IMG/VR virus record: IMGVR_UViG_3300043425_001539
Location: 124,001-188,000 of that record
Reading direction: 5' to 3' (one strand)
Length of the DNA stretch: 64,000 bases
Under the pieces are notes generated by a model. The model had not been told where the DNA came from and did not search any database. It saw nothing but the letters and a program-made list of their open reading frames with translations. This document shows, one piece after another, positions 1 to 10,583 of the stretch (its first letter is position 1; each line of letters begins with the position of its first letter). Both the position numbers and the translations under genes were made by a program.

Positions 1-688
1 AAATTTTACGAGTTTTTCTTTCATAATCAGCCCCGCCCATATAACGGTATTCAAGATAACCTTTTTCAGCTTTTAAGAAATTCACCCCATAATATTTTTC
101 TGACGGAACTTTAAGAACATTTTTGCTAATATCAGTTTCCGTCGTATAAAATAATATTGCATTGGGGTGAATTTCTTTGATGCTTCTTGCATAAACTGAA
201 TCCCTTCTTTTTGGGAATATATCATAAACTTTTTCTTCATCAAATCCCAAAATGAATTTTACAATATTCATTTGCGGAATTTCAACTCTTGTTGGAATCT
301 TATTTGGGTCTATACTGATGTTTGCGTGAATTGAACATCTTTCATTTGTGTATCCGTTTGACTGAATCCATTCAAATACTTTAATGATAACGTTTCTTGC
401 TTCTGAATAATTTAAAGGCCCAGTAACCAATTCACACATTTTTTTGCCGCCTGAATAATCAGGCTCCAACTTAAAAACAGATGATGATGGCTGTACTGGC
501 GAGTGATACAAAGGCTTAGGTTCTTGAATATTACTTAATGCCATTGGAACTACCACTCTTTTTTTCAGAAATGCAGAAAGAGAACGTGCTGTTTCAATAA
601 TATCCATTGATGAATAAAATTCAAATTCCACCCCGATCCTGCTACCTGCAAGAATTTCATCTTCAGTATAAACCTTTTTGGTTTTCAT
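1..688 (-). CDS. Putative amidoligase (COOH-NH2 ligase family), runs off the left edge
   Basis: Manual translation from ATG at 688: MKTKKVYTEDEILAGSRIGVEFEFYS...KLEPDYSGGKKMCELVTGPL...RCSIHANIS. The GxExE, D.S, ExVT.P and C.xH.N.S motifs fit amidoligase_2. Absent from the ORF track because it has no stop in the window. Confidence 0.7.
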   Translation of the reverse strand, partial: MKTKKVYTEDEILAGSRIGVEFEFYSSMDIIETARSLSAFLKKRVVVPMALSNIQEPKPLYHSPVQPSSSVFKLEPDYSGGKKMCELVTGPLNYSEARNVIIKVFEWIQSNGYTNERCSIHANISIDPNKIPTRVEIPQMNIVKFILGFDEEKVYDIFPKRRDSVYARSIKEIHPNAILFYTTETDISKNVLKVPSEKYYGVNFLKAEKGYLEYRYMGGADYERKTRKI

Positions 689-703
689 TTTTTTAAGGTA
701 TTT

Positions 704-1900
704 TTATGCTTCATTTGGTATAGTCAAGTAGATTTTATCATTAATCACTTTATCTACTGTAACCATAATTTTTTCACCAACGTTATATTTCTTTTTCTTA
801 GTCTTGACTTCTTTTTGAGATATCATTCCTATAATATCTTTTTGCAATTTAACTAATACTCCAAAAGATTGAATTGAAATAATTTCCCCTGTTTTAACGG
901 TTCCCAAATTAGCATTTTTAAATTCTGTAATTTCTTTTAATCTAATTGCAGGATCTTCGTCAGTCAATATAATTTTTTTGTCATTGGTCACCTCTTTAAT
1001 CCAAAAAGAAATTTTATCACCTGGCCTAACTCGCCCTTCTTTAAATTTCTCTTTTAATTCGGGTGTCATTTTACTTGCGTGTATAAGTCCAGTAAATATA
1101 TCGTCAAACTCAATAAATATGCCATATTTTGCCGCACCTGTAATTGTTCCAGAATATTTCTTTTCTCTATCTAATTCATCAATTTTTTGCGGCAATATTT
1201 TAGAAATGTATTTTTTATATGAAAAAACAAATGTTGAACTTTCTTCTAAATAATCTTCAACCATAACTGGTACCTCTTTGCCTATCATTTCATCAAAATC
1301 TCTAACAATATTTGCTGCAGCAAGCGAACCTGGCAAAAAACCATCTACTCCTTGAACGTTAATAATAAATCCGCCATGATTTTTTCCAATTATTTTTCCA
1401 TAATAAGCGGTTTCATTTGCGGATATTTGTTCCATAAATTCATTCCGCGTCTTTTCGGTTTGCCCTGCATATAATGATGCTCGAGTATACGGATTAATAC
1501 CTTCAATTTTTACATGATAACCTTGATTTAAAAAAGATCTTTTCCAAGATTCATTTTTTGCATTTTCAATAAATTCTTCCTGCGTTAAACCAAGCATAGA
1601 GAAAAACTTACGTTCGCTATCCAGCTTAATTGTTGCGTCGATCATTCCTTCTAATGTAATTGCCATCTCTTTTTCGGAAACTCCGTAGATGTCAACCATT
1701 TTCATAATCATACCTTCATTAATTTCTTTACTGACTACATCAGATGCTACCATTAATTTACATAACTCTTCGGCATAAGGCTCGTGACAAAAAACTTTTC
1801 CTCCATATTTTTTGGATAGTTTTTTGTTTACAACTCGTCTTTCTGTAAGACTTAAAATTTCCCAATCAAATGCTGGGGACTGTTTTTTTTCTAAATTCAT
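704..1900 (-). CDS. rpsA: Ribosomal protein S1-like protein (three S1 RNA-binding domains)
   Basis: S1 repeats GKIIGKNHGGFIINVQGVDGFLPGS, GTITGAAKYGIFIEFDDIFTGLIHASKM and GEIISIQSFGVLVKLQKDIIGMIS; late-type GATATATA motif upstream. Confidence 0.8.
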   Translation of the reverse strand: MNLEKKQSPAFDWEILSLTERRVVNKKLSKKYGGKVFCHEPYAEELCKLMVASDVVSKEINEGMIMKMVDIYGVSEKEMAITLEGMIDATIKLDSERKFFSMLGLTQEEFIENAKNESWKRSFLNQGYHVKIEGINPYTRASLYAGQTEKTRNEFMEQISANETAYYGKIIGKNHGGFIINVQGVDGFLPGSLAAANIVRDFDEMIGKEVPVMVEDYLEESSTFVFSYKKYISKILPQKIDELDREKKYSGTITGAAKYGIFIEFDDIFTGLIHASKMTPELKEKFKEGRVRPGDKISFWIKEVTNDKKIILTDEDPAIRLKEITEFKNANLGTVKTGEIISIQSFGVLVKLQKDIIGMISQKEVKTKKKKYNVGEKIMVTVDKVINDKIYLTIPNEA

Positions 1901-1923
1901 ATTTTTTTAATTGGTCTATAAGT

Positions 1924-1931
1924 TATATATC
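1924..1931 (-). promoter_or_regulatory. GATATATA late-promoter-like motif
   Basis: Octamer recurring shortly upstream of start codons across the window; analogous to T4 TATAAATA. Confidence 0.6.
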
Positions 1932-1950
1932 TGTATTTGAAATGAATATG

Positions 1951-2241
1951 TTATGATATTATAGCAGCAGGTGAAGGAGCAACGGTTGCGCCTGTTTGAG
2001 CAACAGCTGAGCCTGCTGTTGTAACTGATTGCCCTGGAGGAATAATAATCGTTTGTGATCTAATATAAGAATCAATTGCAGGTGCGGCAATCGCTGCAAA
2101 AGTTTCCGCGGCAGCAAGTCTTGCCTCGAAGGAAACGTCAGTTCCTTGTGGGGAACTTGCAATTGTATTGGCAAACTCAAGCATAGCTTGTTCAAAAGCA
2201 TTTTTGAGTGCTAAATTTAATGTATCAGGTATAAGTGCCAT
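1951..2241 (-). CDS. Small baseplate-associated hypothetical protein (possible spike-tip protein)
   Basis: Directly follows the gp5-like spike gene; Ala/Pro/Thr-rich C-terminus. Confidence 0.4.
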   Translation of the reverse strand: MALIPDTLNLALKNAFEQAMLEFANTIASSPQGTDVSFEARLAAAETFAAIAAPAIDSYIRSQTIIIPPGQSVTTAGSAVAQTGATVAPSPAAIIS

Positions 2242-2242
2242 G

Positions 2243-3025
2243 TTATTTTGTTTTTGATATTAAACTTAATTCTGAACCGTTTAATGGAATTATAGGTGGG
2301 CTTGTGGGAGCGCCTAAATTTCCTATATGAGTGTGAGCATTAAAAATTTGTTGAAAGGTGTTTCCTTTAATCAAAGCTTCAGTTGCACCTTCGCCTAATT
2401 CAATTGCGCCAGCATCAATTACAGCTTTTTCGGTGGTAACATTGACTTGACTAGTAGATACAATATTAATTGTATCCCCTATTAATTCAATTATGCTTTC
2501 AGTATCTTTGTGTTGAATTGTTATACTTGAATCGGGATTAATTATTATCTGAGATTCTTTGTGAAAAACGTTCATACCTTTATTAGGGGTATAAAAAATC
2601 TTTACTTGTTCGTCATTATCATATAATAAAATATGAGAACCTTCATAAGAATCTTGAATTTCCTCAGATGCTTGAATGTTTAAATTTTGTATGAATGACC
2701 ATTCTGGTGAATATAAGTCGCCTGTAGGGAATACTACTTTTACTATTGTTCCTACTTTAGGAATTGAAATATCGCCAAAACCTTTAGTCTCTCCACCAGC
2801 AAAAAATTTACCATTTGCAGGCGACGCCCAGGGAATTTTATCAACAGATAATTCTGTTTTGGTTATTTGTCCTGTTGGATTTCCATTTTGAATTACAGGA
2901 TCTTCAGAATTAAATAAACCAAATATCTTTATTTTGCATCTCCCTTCTTTTTCAGGATCGTTTGCATCAAGCACTTCACCTATAAAAAACTTGCCAATAA
3001 GTTCTTCTTTGTTAAATGATTTCAT
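2243..3025 (-). CDS. gp5: Baseplate central spike, gp5/VgrG-like, without lysozyme domain
   Basis: OB-fold motifs GEVLDANDPEKEGRCKIKIFG, IPWASP and SIPKVGTIVKVVFPTGDLYSP; beta-helix repeats; C-terminal HTH metal-binding motif (NAHTHIG). Confidence 0.8.
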   Translation of the reverse strand: MKSFNKEELIGKFFIGEVLDANDPEKEGRCKIKIFGLFNSEDPVIQNGNPTGQITKTELSVDKIPWASPANGKFFAGGETKGFGDISIPKVGTIVKVVFPTGDLYSPEWSFIQNLNIQASEEIQDSYEGSHILLYDNDEQVKIFYTPNKGMNVFHKESQIIINPDSSITIQHKDTESIIELIGDTINIVSTSQVNVTTEKAVIDAGAIELGEGATEALIKGNTFQQIFNAHTHIGNLGAPTSPPIIPLNGSELSLISKTK

Positions 3026-4587
3026 TGCGGATTGTATATATTACCCAATCTAGCTTTTACTATATCTGGGCCTGTTAAAATATTTTTAGGTAAATTTGAC
3101 GAAACTAAACTTGAATTAGAATTAATGTTGTCTTCGACTGTTTTACCTAAATCGTTGGAAATTAAATTGGGATTATTTAGTTGCAAATCTTCAACCGTAT
3201 TTCCTATATTATTTACAATTAAATTTGAGCCACCTGGGTCTTGTAATGTGTTACCTAAGAAATTCGTTAATAATTCAACTTCTTCACCAGTTAAACCAAC
3301 ATTACCTAAACTATTTGGATTAATGCCGTTTTCGGCTGTAAATTGTTGAAGTACATTTTGAAACGTTGCCAGTGGATTATTTTGTAAACCTTGTAAAGCA
3401 TTAATTGTAGTTGATGCCGAAAACCCGTAAACATTTTCAAGACCAGCCGCTGTAATTATTTTACGAGCAATATTTATCAAAATGTCTTCTGGATCAAGAC
3501 CGCGTAAAGTACGTTCAGGCTTTTTTTGTTCAACCGGAGAAACCGCAGGTTTTGGAGGAAATACTGATTCGCGTGAAACGGTATTTGCTGCACTTGGCTG
3601 TGTTGCGGAAAAATTTTTACCGCCCAATGTTTCGTTGATTGTCCTTGATTGTGTGTTTAAATCTTTTATGTCATAACTATAATCGGCATTATAATAAGAT
3701 TCTTTTAAAACCGCTCCTAATAATCCGTATGAATTAACTTCAGAAATGTATGGTGTATTAATGATAATTTTATTAAGAGCTCTTGATTCAACTATTTTGG
3801 CAACAGATTCTAAATAATTTGGAGATGTTTCAATTATATCAAACGTACACATATCAAATCTAAAGGACAAAAATGTTGTTGTTGACCAAGGAGCTTTTAA
3901 AGATTTTTGAGTGTCAGAAACAACAGCAGAAGGCGAAGCAGCATTTGCAAAAACTCCATTAATATCACTTAAAATTACGCCGGTGTATGTGTTGTCGTTG
4001 TTAACATTAGTCCAATTGCTTAAGGAAGTATGCATAGGTCTTAATTCAGCAACAACAAGTTCCATTGCAAACATTCTTTGGTTTTCAGGTAGTGCATATC
4101 GCATCCATCCTGTATCAAAAACGGCCTTTCTGTAAAGATCCATTAAATATGTAATCTTAAGATCTATTGATTCCTCAGTTTCAAATGTTAATTTTTTATC
4201 TTTACCTCTAAATGAATTGCTAGGATTAATTTTCCAAATGTCTGAAAGACCGGAAACCTTTGTAAAATACCACGGAGCTTCTTTAAGAATTTGTAAAAAA
4301 CCAAGTTTAAATTGCCGTATCATATCAGCTCTTGCCAATTGATTTGTTCTAACAAAATAACTTACCGCTGAATCTGTATCAGTATCAGGCAAAAATAATC
4401 CTTGAGGAAAATAATCTAAATCAAGTTCACCGCTTGACTTTGAAAAATCTTGTGTATTAATTATTCTCCATTGAAATCCCAAGAATGTAGGATCTTGCCA
4501 TTCAAGAGCATATCCGCTTTGTGCTGTAGAAACTCTGGGCTGACCATAAGTTAAAAAATTCTTGGTTATTGAATCCGTGTATTTCAT
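3022..4587 (-). CDS. Putative baseplate/tail structural protein
   Basis: Position within the baseplate operon; no specific motif recognised. Confidence 0.45.
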   Translation of the reverse strand: MKYTDSITKNFLTYGQPRVSTAQSGYALEWQDPTFLGFQWRIINTQDFSKSSGELDLDYFPQGLFLPDTDTDSAVSYFVRTNQLARADMIRQFKLGFLQILKEAPWYFTKVSGLSDIWKINPSNSFRGKDKKLTFETEESIDLKITYLMDLYRKAVFDTGWMRYALPENQRMFAMELVVAELRPMHTSLSNWTNVNNDNTYTGVILSDINGVFANAASPSAVVSDTQKSLKAPWSTTTFLSFRFDMCTFDIIETSPNYLESVAKIVESRALNKIIINTPYISEVNSYGLLGAVLKESYYNADYSYDIKDLNTQSRTINETLGGKNFSATQPSAANTVSRESVFPPKPAVSPVEQKKPERTLRGLDPEDILINIARKIITAAGLENVYGFSASTTINALQGLQNNPLATFQNVLQQFTAENGINPNSLGNVGLTGEEVELLTNFLGNTLQDPGGSNLIVNNIGNTVEDLQLNNPNLISNDLGKTVEDNINSNSSLVSSNLPKNILTGPDIVKARLGNIYNPQ

Positions 4588-4602
4588 ATTAAAATTATAT
4601 AT

Positions 4603-6129
4603 TTAAGGAGCAGGCCACTCTCTTCTTCTAAGAAATAATGTTTGGTAAAAATCAGGCAAATTTGATTTTTTTCTATTTGAAAAAGTTCCAGCTGGCCCTA
4701 TACGATCAAAATTAAATATCATACCGTCCGTCATATAATAACCTGTATAAAATTGATCCACCGCGGCATAACTACTGTTTTCACCGGAATTTGCAACTTC
4801 TCCTGTTGCATTCATTAATCTTTTTTGATCATCAACAATATTTTGCATTAATATCGGAAGTTTTTCTCCATTTGCAATATTTGGATTCCATCGTTGTACA
4901 TCAATCTTTATAAAAAGCTTTGAAAGTTCTTCTCGGTTTCTTTGATTATGTATTTCGGAATAAAGATATTTGTCGTGCACATTTTTAGACTGAACACCTA
5001 ACCACATTTTTTTGTTTTGTGTTTTCCAATACTCGTATTGCGAAGGCGCTCCTATTGCTGTTGTGCCTTCACTTTTAGGGAATGTTCTACCTTTTAAAAT
5101 AATTTTGTTTTCCTCTGCGCCTGTGGTAGTTAATGGATCTATGTATAAATCCCAATATTTTAAACTTTTTTGGTCAAAAAATTGAACATGCGTTTTATAT
5201 CCCCACTTGTTTGCAACATCAGTACTTTGATTAATTATTTGATATTGTTTTATAAAAAAATTGGTATTTTGAAAATCGGACATATTTGTTAGTACCTTAG
5301 GCATATTAACCTGCCCAGCATCTTTGTAAGGTAAATCATCTGGGTAATATGCTTTAACCAATGAATAATCTAAAATAGCAGCGGGTACTTGACTTTCTCC
5401 TTCAAATTGATTATTTATGTTAATAAAATTTAAATGATAATAAATATCAATAAAGACTTTAAAAAAGTCTGATTGTGTTTTCCAAGAATGATCTGCTATA
5501 TGATTAATAAAATTAGACATACTATCTCCTGCGCATATCCAATTCATTGAATCATTTGTTGACGTTTCGTTTGTAGCAAATCCCAAGCCTAAATCTTTTG
5601 CTATATTTTGCAAAACTTCAAATGAACTACCTGTATACTCTTTAACAACTTCATCACGTATTCTAGGTATGAATAGTTCTCCTGATATAGCAACTGGAGC
5701 GCCAAGCCCTTCTTCACCGCCTTTACCTATATCAACTTTAGTAATAACATAATCATTTCTTACAGGCTTAAAAACATCATTTTTTGCTCGTATAAAAACA
5801 TTAATAATATCGCCGTCTTTAGGCATTGCCTGTGATGTAAAAGCGGTTGTACCAACCATGTCAAAAATAACAAAAATTTTAGGCAAAAACCCTGTACAAT
5901 CTATTCTAAAAGTGTCAAGTTCTTGTAAATTAATAACATAGTTGTTAATTGATATTAATGGATATTCTGTTCCTAAATTATTTTGTTCTTGATGACCTGT
6001 CGTTTCTTCTTTTTTGCCTTCAGGCAAATATTCACTTGTTCCTGTAAATACATCAGCAAGCGAAAGTTCATCCAAAACTATTTTTGGTTTAATTAAGGAT
6101 CTAATTATAGTTTTTTCTTCAGATGCCAT
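4603..6129 (-). CDS. Putative baseplate hub protein (gp27-like)
   Basis: SFEVLQNIAKDLGLGF and FYTGYYMTDGM motifs, size, and position between gp53-like and gp5-like genes. Confidence 0.55.
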   Translation of the reverse strand: MASEEKTIIRSLIKPKIVLDELSLADVFTGTSEYLPEGKKEETTGHQEQNNLGTEYPLISINNYVINLQELDTFRIDCTGFLPKIFVIFDMVGTTAFTSQAMPKDGDIINVFIRAKNDVFKPVRNDYVITKVDIGKGGEEGLGAPVAISGELFIPRIRDEVVKEYTGSSFEVLQNIAKDLGLGFATNETSTNDSMNWICAGDSMSNFINHIADHSWKTQSDFFKVFIDIYYHLNFININNQFEGESQVPAAILDYSLVKAYYPDDLPYKDAGQVNMPKVLTNMSDFQNTNFFIKQYQIINQSTDVANKWGYKTHVQFFDQKSLKYWDLYIDPLTTTGAEENKIILKGRTFPKSEGTTAIGAPSQYEYWKTQNKKMWLGVQSKNVHDKYLYSEIHNQRNREELSKLFIKIDVQRWNPNIANGEKLPILMQNIVDDQKRLMNATGEVANSGENSSYAAVDQFYTGYYMTDGMIFNFDRIGPAGTFSNRKKSNLPDFYQTLFLRRREWPAP

Positions 6130-6131
6130 AT

Positions 6132-6764
6132 TTAAGAATTATTTCTCAATCTCTGTTTTATCATTCTTGCAACAAATTCACTTTTGGATATTGGATCCTG
6201 TGAATCAACACCTGATCCGCTAACAGCGCCGCCTAAAACTAACTTACCGTTTATCAAAGCTATTTCTTGATCTCCAAAGTCTGCCAAATTAGGAGGGAGC
6301 GCCGGCGCATTATTTCCTTTAGAAGGATCTGGTTTTACAGCTTGACTTCTTTTATCAAAATCTCGCAATCTTGGGTCAACTGTAGATTTTTTCTCAGGAG
6401 TCATATATTGTTTTCTGATATCTTCTCTCTCCTCTGCATTTGTTTTTTGCGGGCGAATAAAATTCTCTGCAGAATTTAAGTCCCACACAGTAAATACTTG
6501 CCCTTCATCAATTGCAAAAGGATTTGACACTGCATTAAATTTTAAAACTTTTTCAATAGGCGAAAGATACCCATACATTTGCTGTGTTATTAGGTCTGGT
6601 CTCATTGCTTCATTTTTCCCAACTAAAAATAAATCAATACCAATTAATGACCCTTTATTTGGCGGATTTGTGTAATCTTTTGGTAAAAAATCAATAATAA
6701 CAGGACTTCTTTCGTCTCTTTGCCATTCAGGTTTATTATCAATTGTACTAGGAAATTCTATCAT
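6132..6764 (-). CDS. Baseplate wedge gp53-like / LysM-like protein
   Basis: MRPDLITQQMYG...VLKFNAVSNPFAIDEG motif typical of the gp53/LysM-like fold. Confidence 0.6.
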   Translation of the reverse strand: MIEFPSTIDNKPEWQRDERSPVIIDFLPKDYTNPPNKGSLIGIDLFLVGKNEAMRPDLITQQMYGYLSPIEKVLKFNAVSNPFAIDEGQVFTVWDLNSAENFIRPQKTNAEEREDIRKQYMTPEKKSTVDPRLRDFDKRSQAVKPDPSKGNNAPALPPNLADFGDQEIALINGKLVLGGAVSGSGVDSQDPISKSEFVARMIKQRLRNNS

Positions 6765-6773
6765 ATTAAAATT

Positions 6774-9053
6774 TTATTTTGAAGGAGGTGTTTGATTTGT
6801 GATAGGATCATCTACTGGATGCGCTGTACCTAAACCATACAAAGAAACATATGCTGATCTTGTTATCGGATCTTTTGCTAATTTAACTGGAGAGTACATT
6901 TGTTCGTATGCTTTTTCTCCGCCAACAATTGACGGTCTTTGTGCACGATTTCCTTGTACACCTTTCATAAGAGCTCTGCGGGATCCTTGTCCGCCGTTGC
7001 CTGCAGTTGTTGATGATATACCACCTCCAACAACTTCATTACCTGATTCTATCACTTGTCCATCTCTTGTTGTGGTTGATGTAGGTTTATCAACAACCGA
7101 CATTCTAGAACTATAAAACGTATCGGCATATCCTTTAGGTAATGCATATATTCTTCCTTGACCATAGTTAAACATCGATTCTATTGCATCTTTGTCTCTG
7201 GGCATAGCATGTTCCAGTGTGATTGTAATCTTAAGTTCAGTTGGAAAGTCATCAGGACCCAATTCATCATTAAATTCAATTTTTGAATTTGTGCAAATTA
7301 AATTACCTATCATCATTAAAGGGTTAAAAGGACTCCCCACTTGAAGATGCCATTCACCTGTAGGCGCGCCTGTTAATAATGCATGTAATCCTGAAAGTTG
7401 TCCTCTTTGCTGTGTTGTGTTTAACTTCATAAATTCTGTTGCACCTTTTGTTATAATTGTAGCTAAACCGCCTAAAGCGCCGTCCATTGAAAAATTATTA
7501 AATAAGTCGGCTATATTTTTATAAACTGCAGAAAATTGCGATTTAAGAGCATTAAAGAATCCGTTTGGATCACCTTTTAACCAAGCAGATCTTCCAGCAT
7601 CGCCTCCCAAAAACGGATCATTTAATCCACCTACCACGTGAGGAGCAAAACGATTCATACCGCCCCAAAAAGGTGCTGAAGCTGAAGTCATCAACAAAGC
7701 ATTTGCAAGAATATCTAATCCTGCAGCCTTTGTGTTAATACCTCCTATACTTCTGATTGAATATTCAAATACAAGATTAATCTCGTGTTTAAAATTTAAT
7801 CCTCGTTCTCTTGCCTGCACTTCAGTTATAACGTTTACCGGTCCTAATATTTTATTAACATACGGGCCATTATTATAAGGATCAATCGGAGTCATTGGGT
7901 CTTTACGATTTTTTGCGCCTTCAGCACCTGACTGTAAAAAACCTAATACTTTAGCAATATTTGCAGCGGGATTATTTATACTTGGTTGTTCGGTTGTTTG
8001 CGACACATCCCATACGTTTGCAGTAACGGGTTTCCATTTTAACCCAGTTTCAATAGGTCCTACTATTGATGAAATTTTATTGCCTGCATCTTCTCCTAAA
8101 TATGTAACCATGGTAGCCACGGGATACAAACGATCAAGCGGAACTTCTTTTCTTGCTTCTTGAGGTGATGTAACAGCATCGCTTACAGGATATGGATATC
8201 TTCTAAGAGTTACCATATAATTATTTGGAATTTTTTGCCACCATTTACAAAAAACGAAATCTTGATATTTATATGGAAACTTATATGCATTATCTTCTAA
8301 TGTCGACCAATTAATTATATTTGTAGTTGTTGGCGTTTTTGCTGCTCCTAAATTATCAGTTGTGCCTGGATTATTATAATCATAAAATCTAGGTTGATTT
8401 GATCTGTCTACTAAGTTTTTATTTTTTCCTTTACCACCTGCTGCTTGTAAATTTATGTATGCTTGCTCACTCATGATAGCAGGAACACCATAAAAAGGTG
8501 TAAGGTCAGACGTAACTACACTGTTATTATTTGCTGATTTTGGTATGCGTGGGTCATCTGTTTTTTTCGGCGGAATCATAAAACCGTCCACTAATTCTTT
8601 TTCTACATCAGTTTGCAAAGAATACAAAACCCGTGGTTGTTTATCTTTGTTATTTGCAACTAAATACACCAATCTTAAGTCAAGCGGCACATTATCATTC
8701 TGAATTGCTTCTCCTTCATCGCTTAAAGGAGTTGATGTACTTGCTGTAGTTGTTGCTGGTTCTTGTTGTAATACTTTTGATATAGTTTGGTCGGGAAAAT
8801 ATGTAGATATTAAAGTATTAATTAAACTGATATTTTGTGAAGAATTATTTGCATCAAACTGTTCAGGCAACGTTTCTTGGCCTGTTGATGCTTGTGCATA
8901 TTTAGAGCCGCCTGTTTTAATTACTCTAATGATAGTGCCAGTGTTTGTTTGGACCACTGTAGGCGGTCCTAAGTCCGAATTAGGATTTCCGCTTTGGAAA
9001 TTATTAGCATCAGTATTTCTGCTAAATGTTAATGACTGTGGATTTTTTGGCAT
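6774..9053 (-). CDS. Large virion structural protein (tail-tube initiator/baseplate-like C-terminus)
   Basis: First gene of the late baseplate operon; C-terminal GEWHLQVGSPFNP...DDFPTELKITITL resembles tube-initiator folds. Confidence 0.45.
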   Translation of the reverse strand: MPKNPQSLTFSRNTDANNFQSGNPNSDLGPPTVVQTNTGTIIRVIKTGGSKYAQASTGQETLPEQFDANNSSQNISLINTLISTYFPDQTISKVLQQEPATTTASTSTPLSDEGEAIQNDNVPLDLRLVYLVANNKDKQPRVLYSLQTDVEKELVDGFMIPPKKTDDPRIPKSANNNSVVTSDLTPFYGVPAIMSEQAYINLQAAGGKGKNKNLVDRSNQPRFYDYNNPGTTDNLGAAKTPTTTNIINWSTLEDNAYKFPYKYQDFVFCKWWQKIPNNYMVTLRRYPYPVSDAVTSPQEARKEVPLDRLYPVATMVTYLGEDAGNKISSIVGPIETGLKWKPVTANVWDVSQTTEQPSINNPAANIAKVLGFLQSGAEGAKNRKDPMTPIDPYNNGPYVNKILGPVNVITEVQARERGLNFKHEINLVFEYSIRSIGGINTKAAGLDILANALLMTSASAPFWGGMNRFAPHVVGGLNDPFLGGDAGRSAWLKGDPNGFFNALKSQFSAVYKNIADLFNNFSMDGALGGLATIITKGATEFMKLNTTQQRGQLSGLHALLTGAPTGEWHLQVGSPFNPLMMIGNLICTNSKIEFNDELGPDDFPTELKITITLEHAMPRDKDAIESMFNYGQGRIYALPKGYADTFYSSRMSVVDKPTSTTTRDGQVIESGNEVVGGGISSTTAGNGGQGSRRALMKGVQGNRAQRPSIVGGEKAYEQMYSPVKLAKDPITRSAYVSLYGLGTAHPVDDPITNQTPPSK

Positions 9054-9073
9054 TTATAATTAGACATTTTTTT

Positions 9074-9107
9074 TATATATCCAACAGAATATACAAAAAG
9101 ATATATA
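9074..9107. promoter_or_regulatory. Back-to-back divergent GATATATA late-promoter-like motifs
   Basis: TATATATC at 9074-9081 (minus strand, ahead of 9053) and GATATATA at 9100-9107 (plus strand, ahead of 9124). Confidence 0.65.
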
Positions 9108-9123
9108 AAGAAAAAAAATATCA

Positions 9124-9525
9124 ATGTATAAAGTTAAAACCTATGAAGAGTATTTTCCTAAATGGGTTAGCGATTCAACTGAGGATAGGAAAAAAGCTCA
9201 AATGAAAAAGCAAGCAAAAATGGACGATGACGATCCTTCTGCATATAAAAAAATGCCAGGCGACACAAAAGGAAAAGATAAATTAAAAAAATCTAAACAT
9301 ACAGTTAAATACCATGAATTGTATGGGAAGAATAATGAAGAAAAAGAAGGTGGTATGTATTTATCCGCATTGAATAATATTGTTACGCACTCAAGTGAAA
9401 TAATCAATCTTATAGATGAAAATATGGAATTGCCTGCATGGGTTCAGGACAAAATAACATTATCTGAACATAACATGGATGCTGTGTTAAATTTTTTAAA
9501 AACTACTATGAATGATGAAATATAA
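9124..9525 (+). CDS. Hypothetical T4-like internal head protein
   Basis: N-terminal MYKVKTYEEY tag; DDDPSAYKKMPGD..KSKHT and LPAWVQDKIT motifs recalled from T4-like phage proteins. Confidence 0.5.
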   Translation: MYKVKTYEEYFPKWVSDSTEDRKKAQMKKQAKMDDDDPSAYKKMPGDTKGKDKLKKSKHTVKYHELYGKNNEEKEGGMYLSALNNIVTHSSEIINLIDENMELPAWVQDKITLSEHNMDAVLNFLKTTMNDEI

Positions 9526-10582
9526 AGATTATTTACTTAAAAACTTTAATGATCATACGGTTTTAAATTACCCACAAACTCCTGAAGAATTTAAAAAGAT
9601 AGTAATGTTTTCAACAATGAGTCAAGAACAGGAGCAAAATCCTACAATTGTTGAAAAAATTAAAAAGGTTTTTTTATATCAAGATGATGCTGATGATTAT
9701 GCTTGTTCTTTAATGGAAAAAGAAATGCCCCTTTTACTTTGGGGTAAAAAAACTTTAATAGAAGAAAGCCAAATTCTTGCAATGACAAAATTTGATCCTT
9801 TTCCAAAAGGAATTTATAATAATCCAAAAAGTATAATTACAAGTAAAAAAGATTTAACTCAAATATATCAAAAAGAAAATTACAAGTTTTTGCCCAAAAC
9901 GTATTTTAATAAAAAAGATGCATTAGAAAATTTGGATTTTCCTATTATAGGTAAATCTTTAAACTCTTTTCAATCAAGAGGAGTTATAAAAATAAATAAT
10001 AAAAAGGAGCTTTCAGAATTATCAAATGAATACGATATTTTTCAACAGCAAATTAAAATTTCAAATGAATATCGTTTTATTTTTTTTAATGGATTTAACA
10101 CAGAAATAACATTATTATGCGGCTTTCATCGTAAACCTACCAACAAAAAGGCAAAAGATTTACGTGAGGCTATGAGTTTTACTTCTATGAAAGAAAAACA
10201 ACCTTCAGAATTTAAGTGGACGCAAGTTGATATAAATAAATTTGCAGATAAAGATCTTTTTGAAATTGCATCAGCTGTATTTAAACATAGCCCAGGATTA
10301 AACATAGTAGGAATTGACGTTGCTTATGAAAAAAATAACTCTAAACCTTATTACATAGAGCAAAATATAACACCTAGTATGATAGCTAATGTACCTTTTT
10401 TGGTATATAAATTTATTTATGAAGATGCATTTTATCCTTTAAGTAAATATACAATACAAAGATTGGAACAACTATCGTTAGGATATATTATCAAAAGACT
10501 TAAAGAAGACGATCTATTTGATGTAGAATCTCAATATGCTGGAATAAATTTAAAAGGAATTTCATATTCCGAAATAATGTAA
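9512..10582 (+). CDS. ATP-grasp ligase (RimK-like)
   Basis: FLPKTYF, FPIIGKS..SRGVIKI, FQQQI..EYRF, IVGIDV and YYIEQNITPS motifs. Confidence 0.7.
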   Translation: MMKYKDYLLKNFNDHTVLNYPQTPEEFKKIVMFSTMSQEQEQNPTIVEKIKKVFLYQDDADDYACSLMEKEMPLLLWGKKTLIEESQILAMTKFDPFPKGIYNNPKSIITSKKDLTQIYQKENYKFLPKTYFNKKDALENLDFPIIGKSLNSFQSRGVIKINNKKELSELSNEYDIFQQQIKISNEYRFIFFNGFNTEITLLCGFHRKPTNKKAKDLREAMSFTSMKEKQPSEFKWTQVDINKFADKDLFEIASAVFKHSPGLNIVGIDVAYEKNNSKPYYIEQNITPSMIANVPFLVYKFIYEDAFYPLSKYTIQRLEQLSLGYIIKRLKEDDLFDVESQYAGINLKGISYSEIM

Positions 10583-10583
10583 T

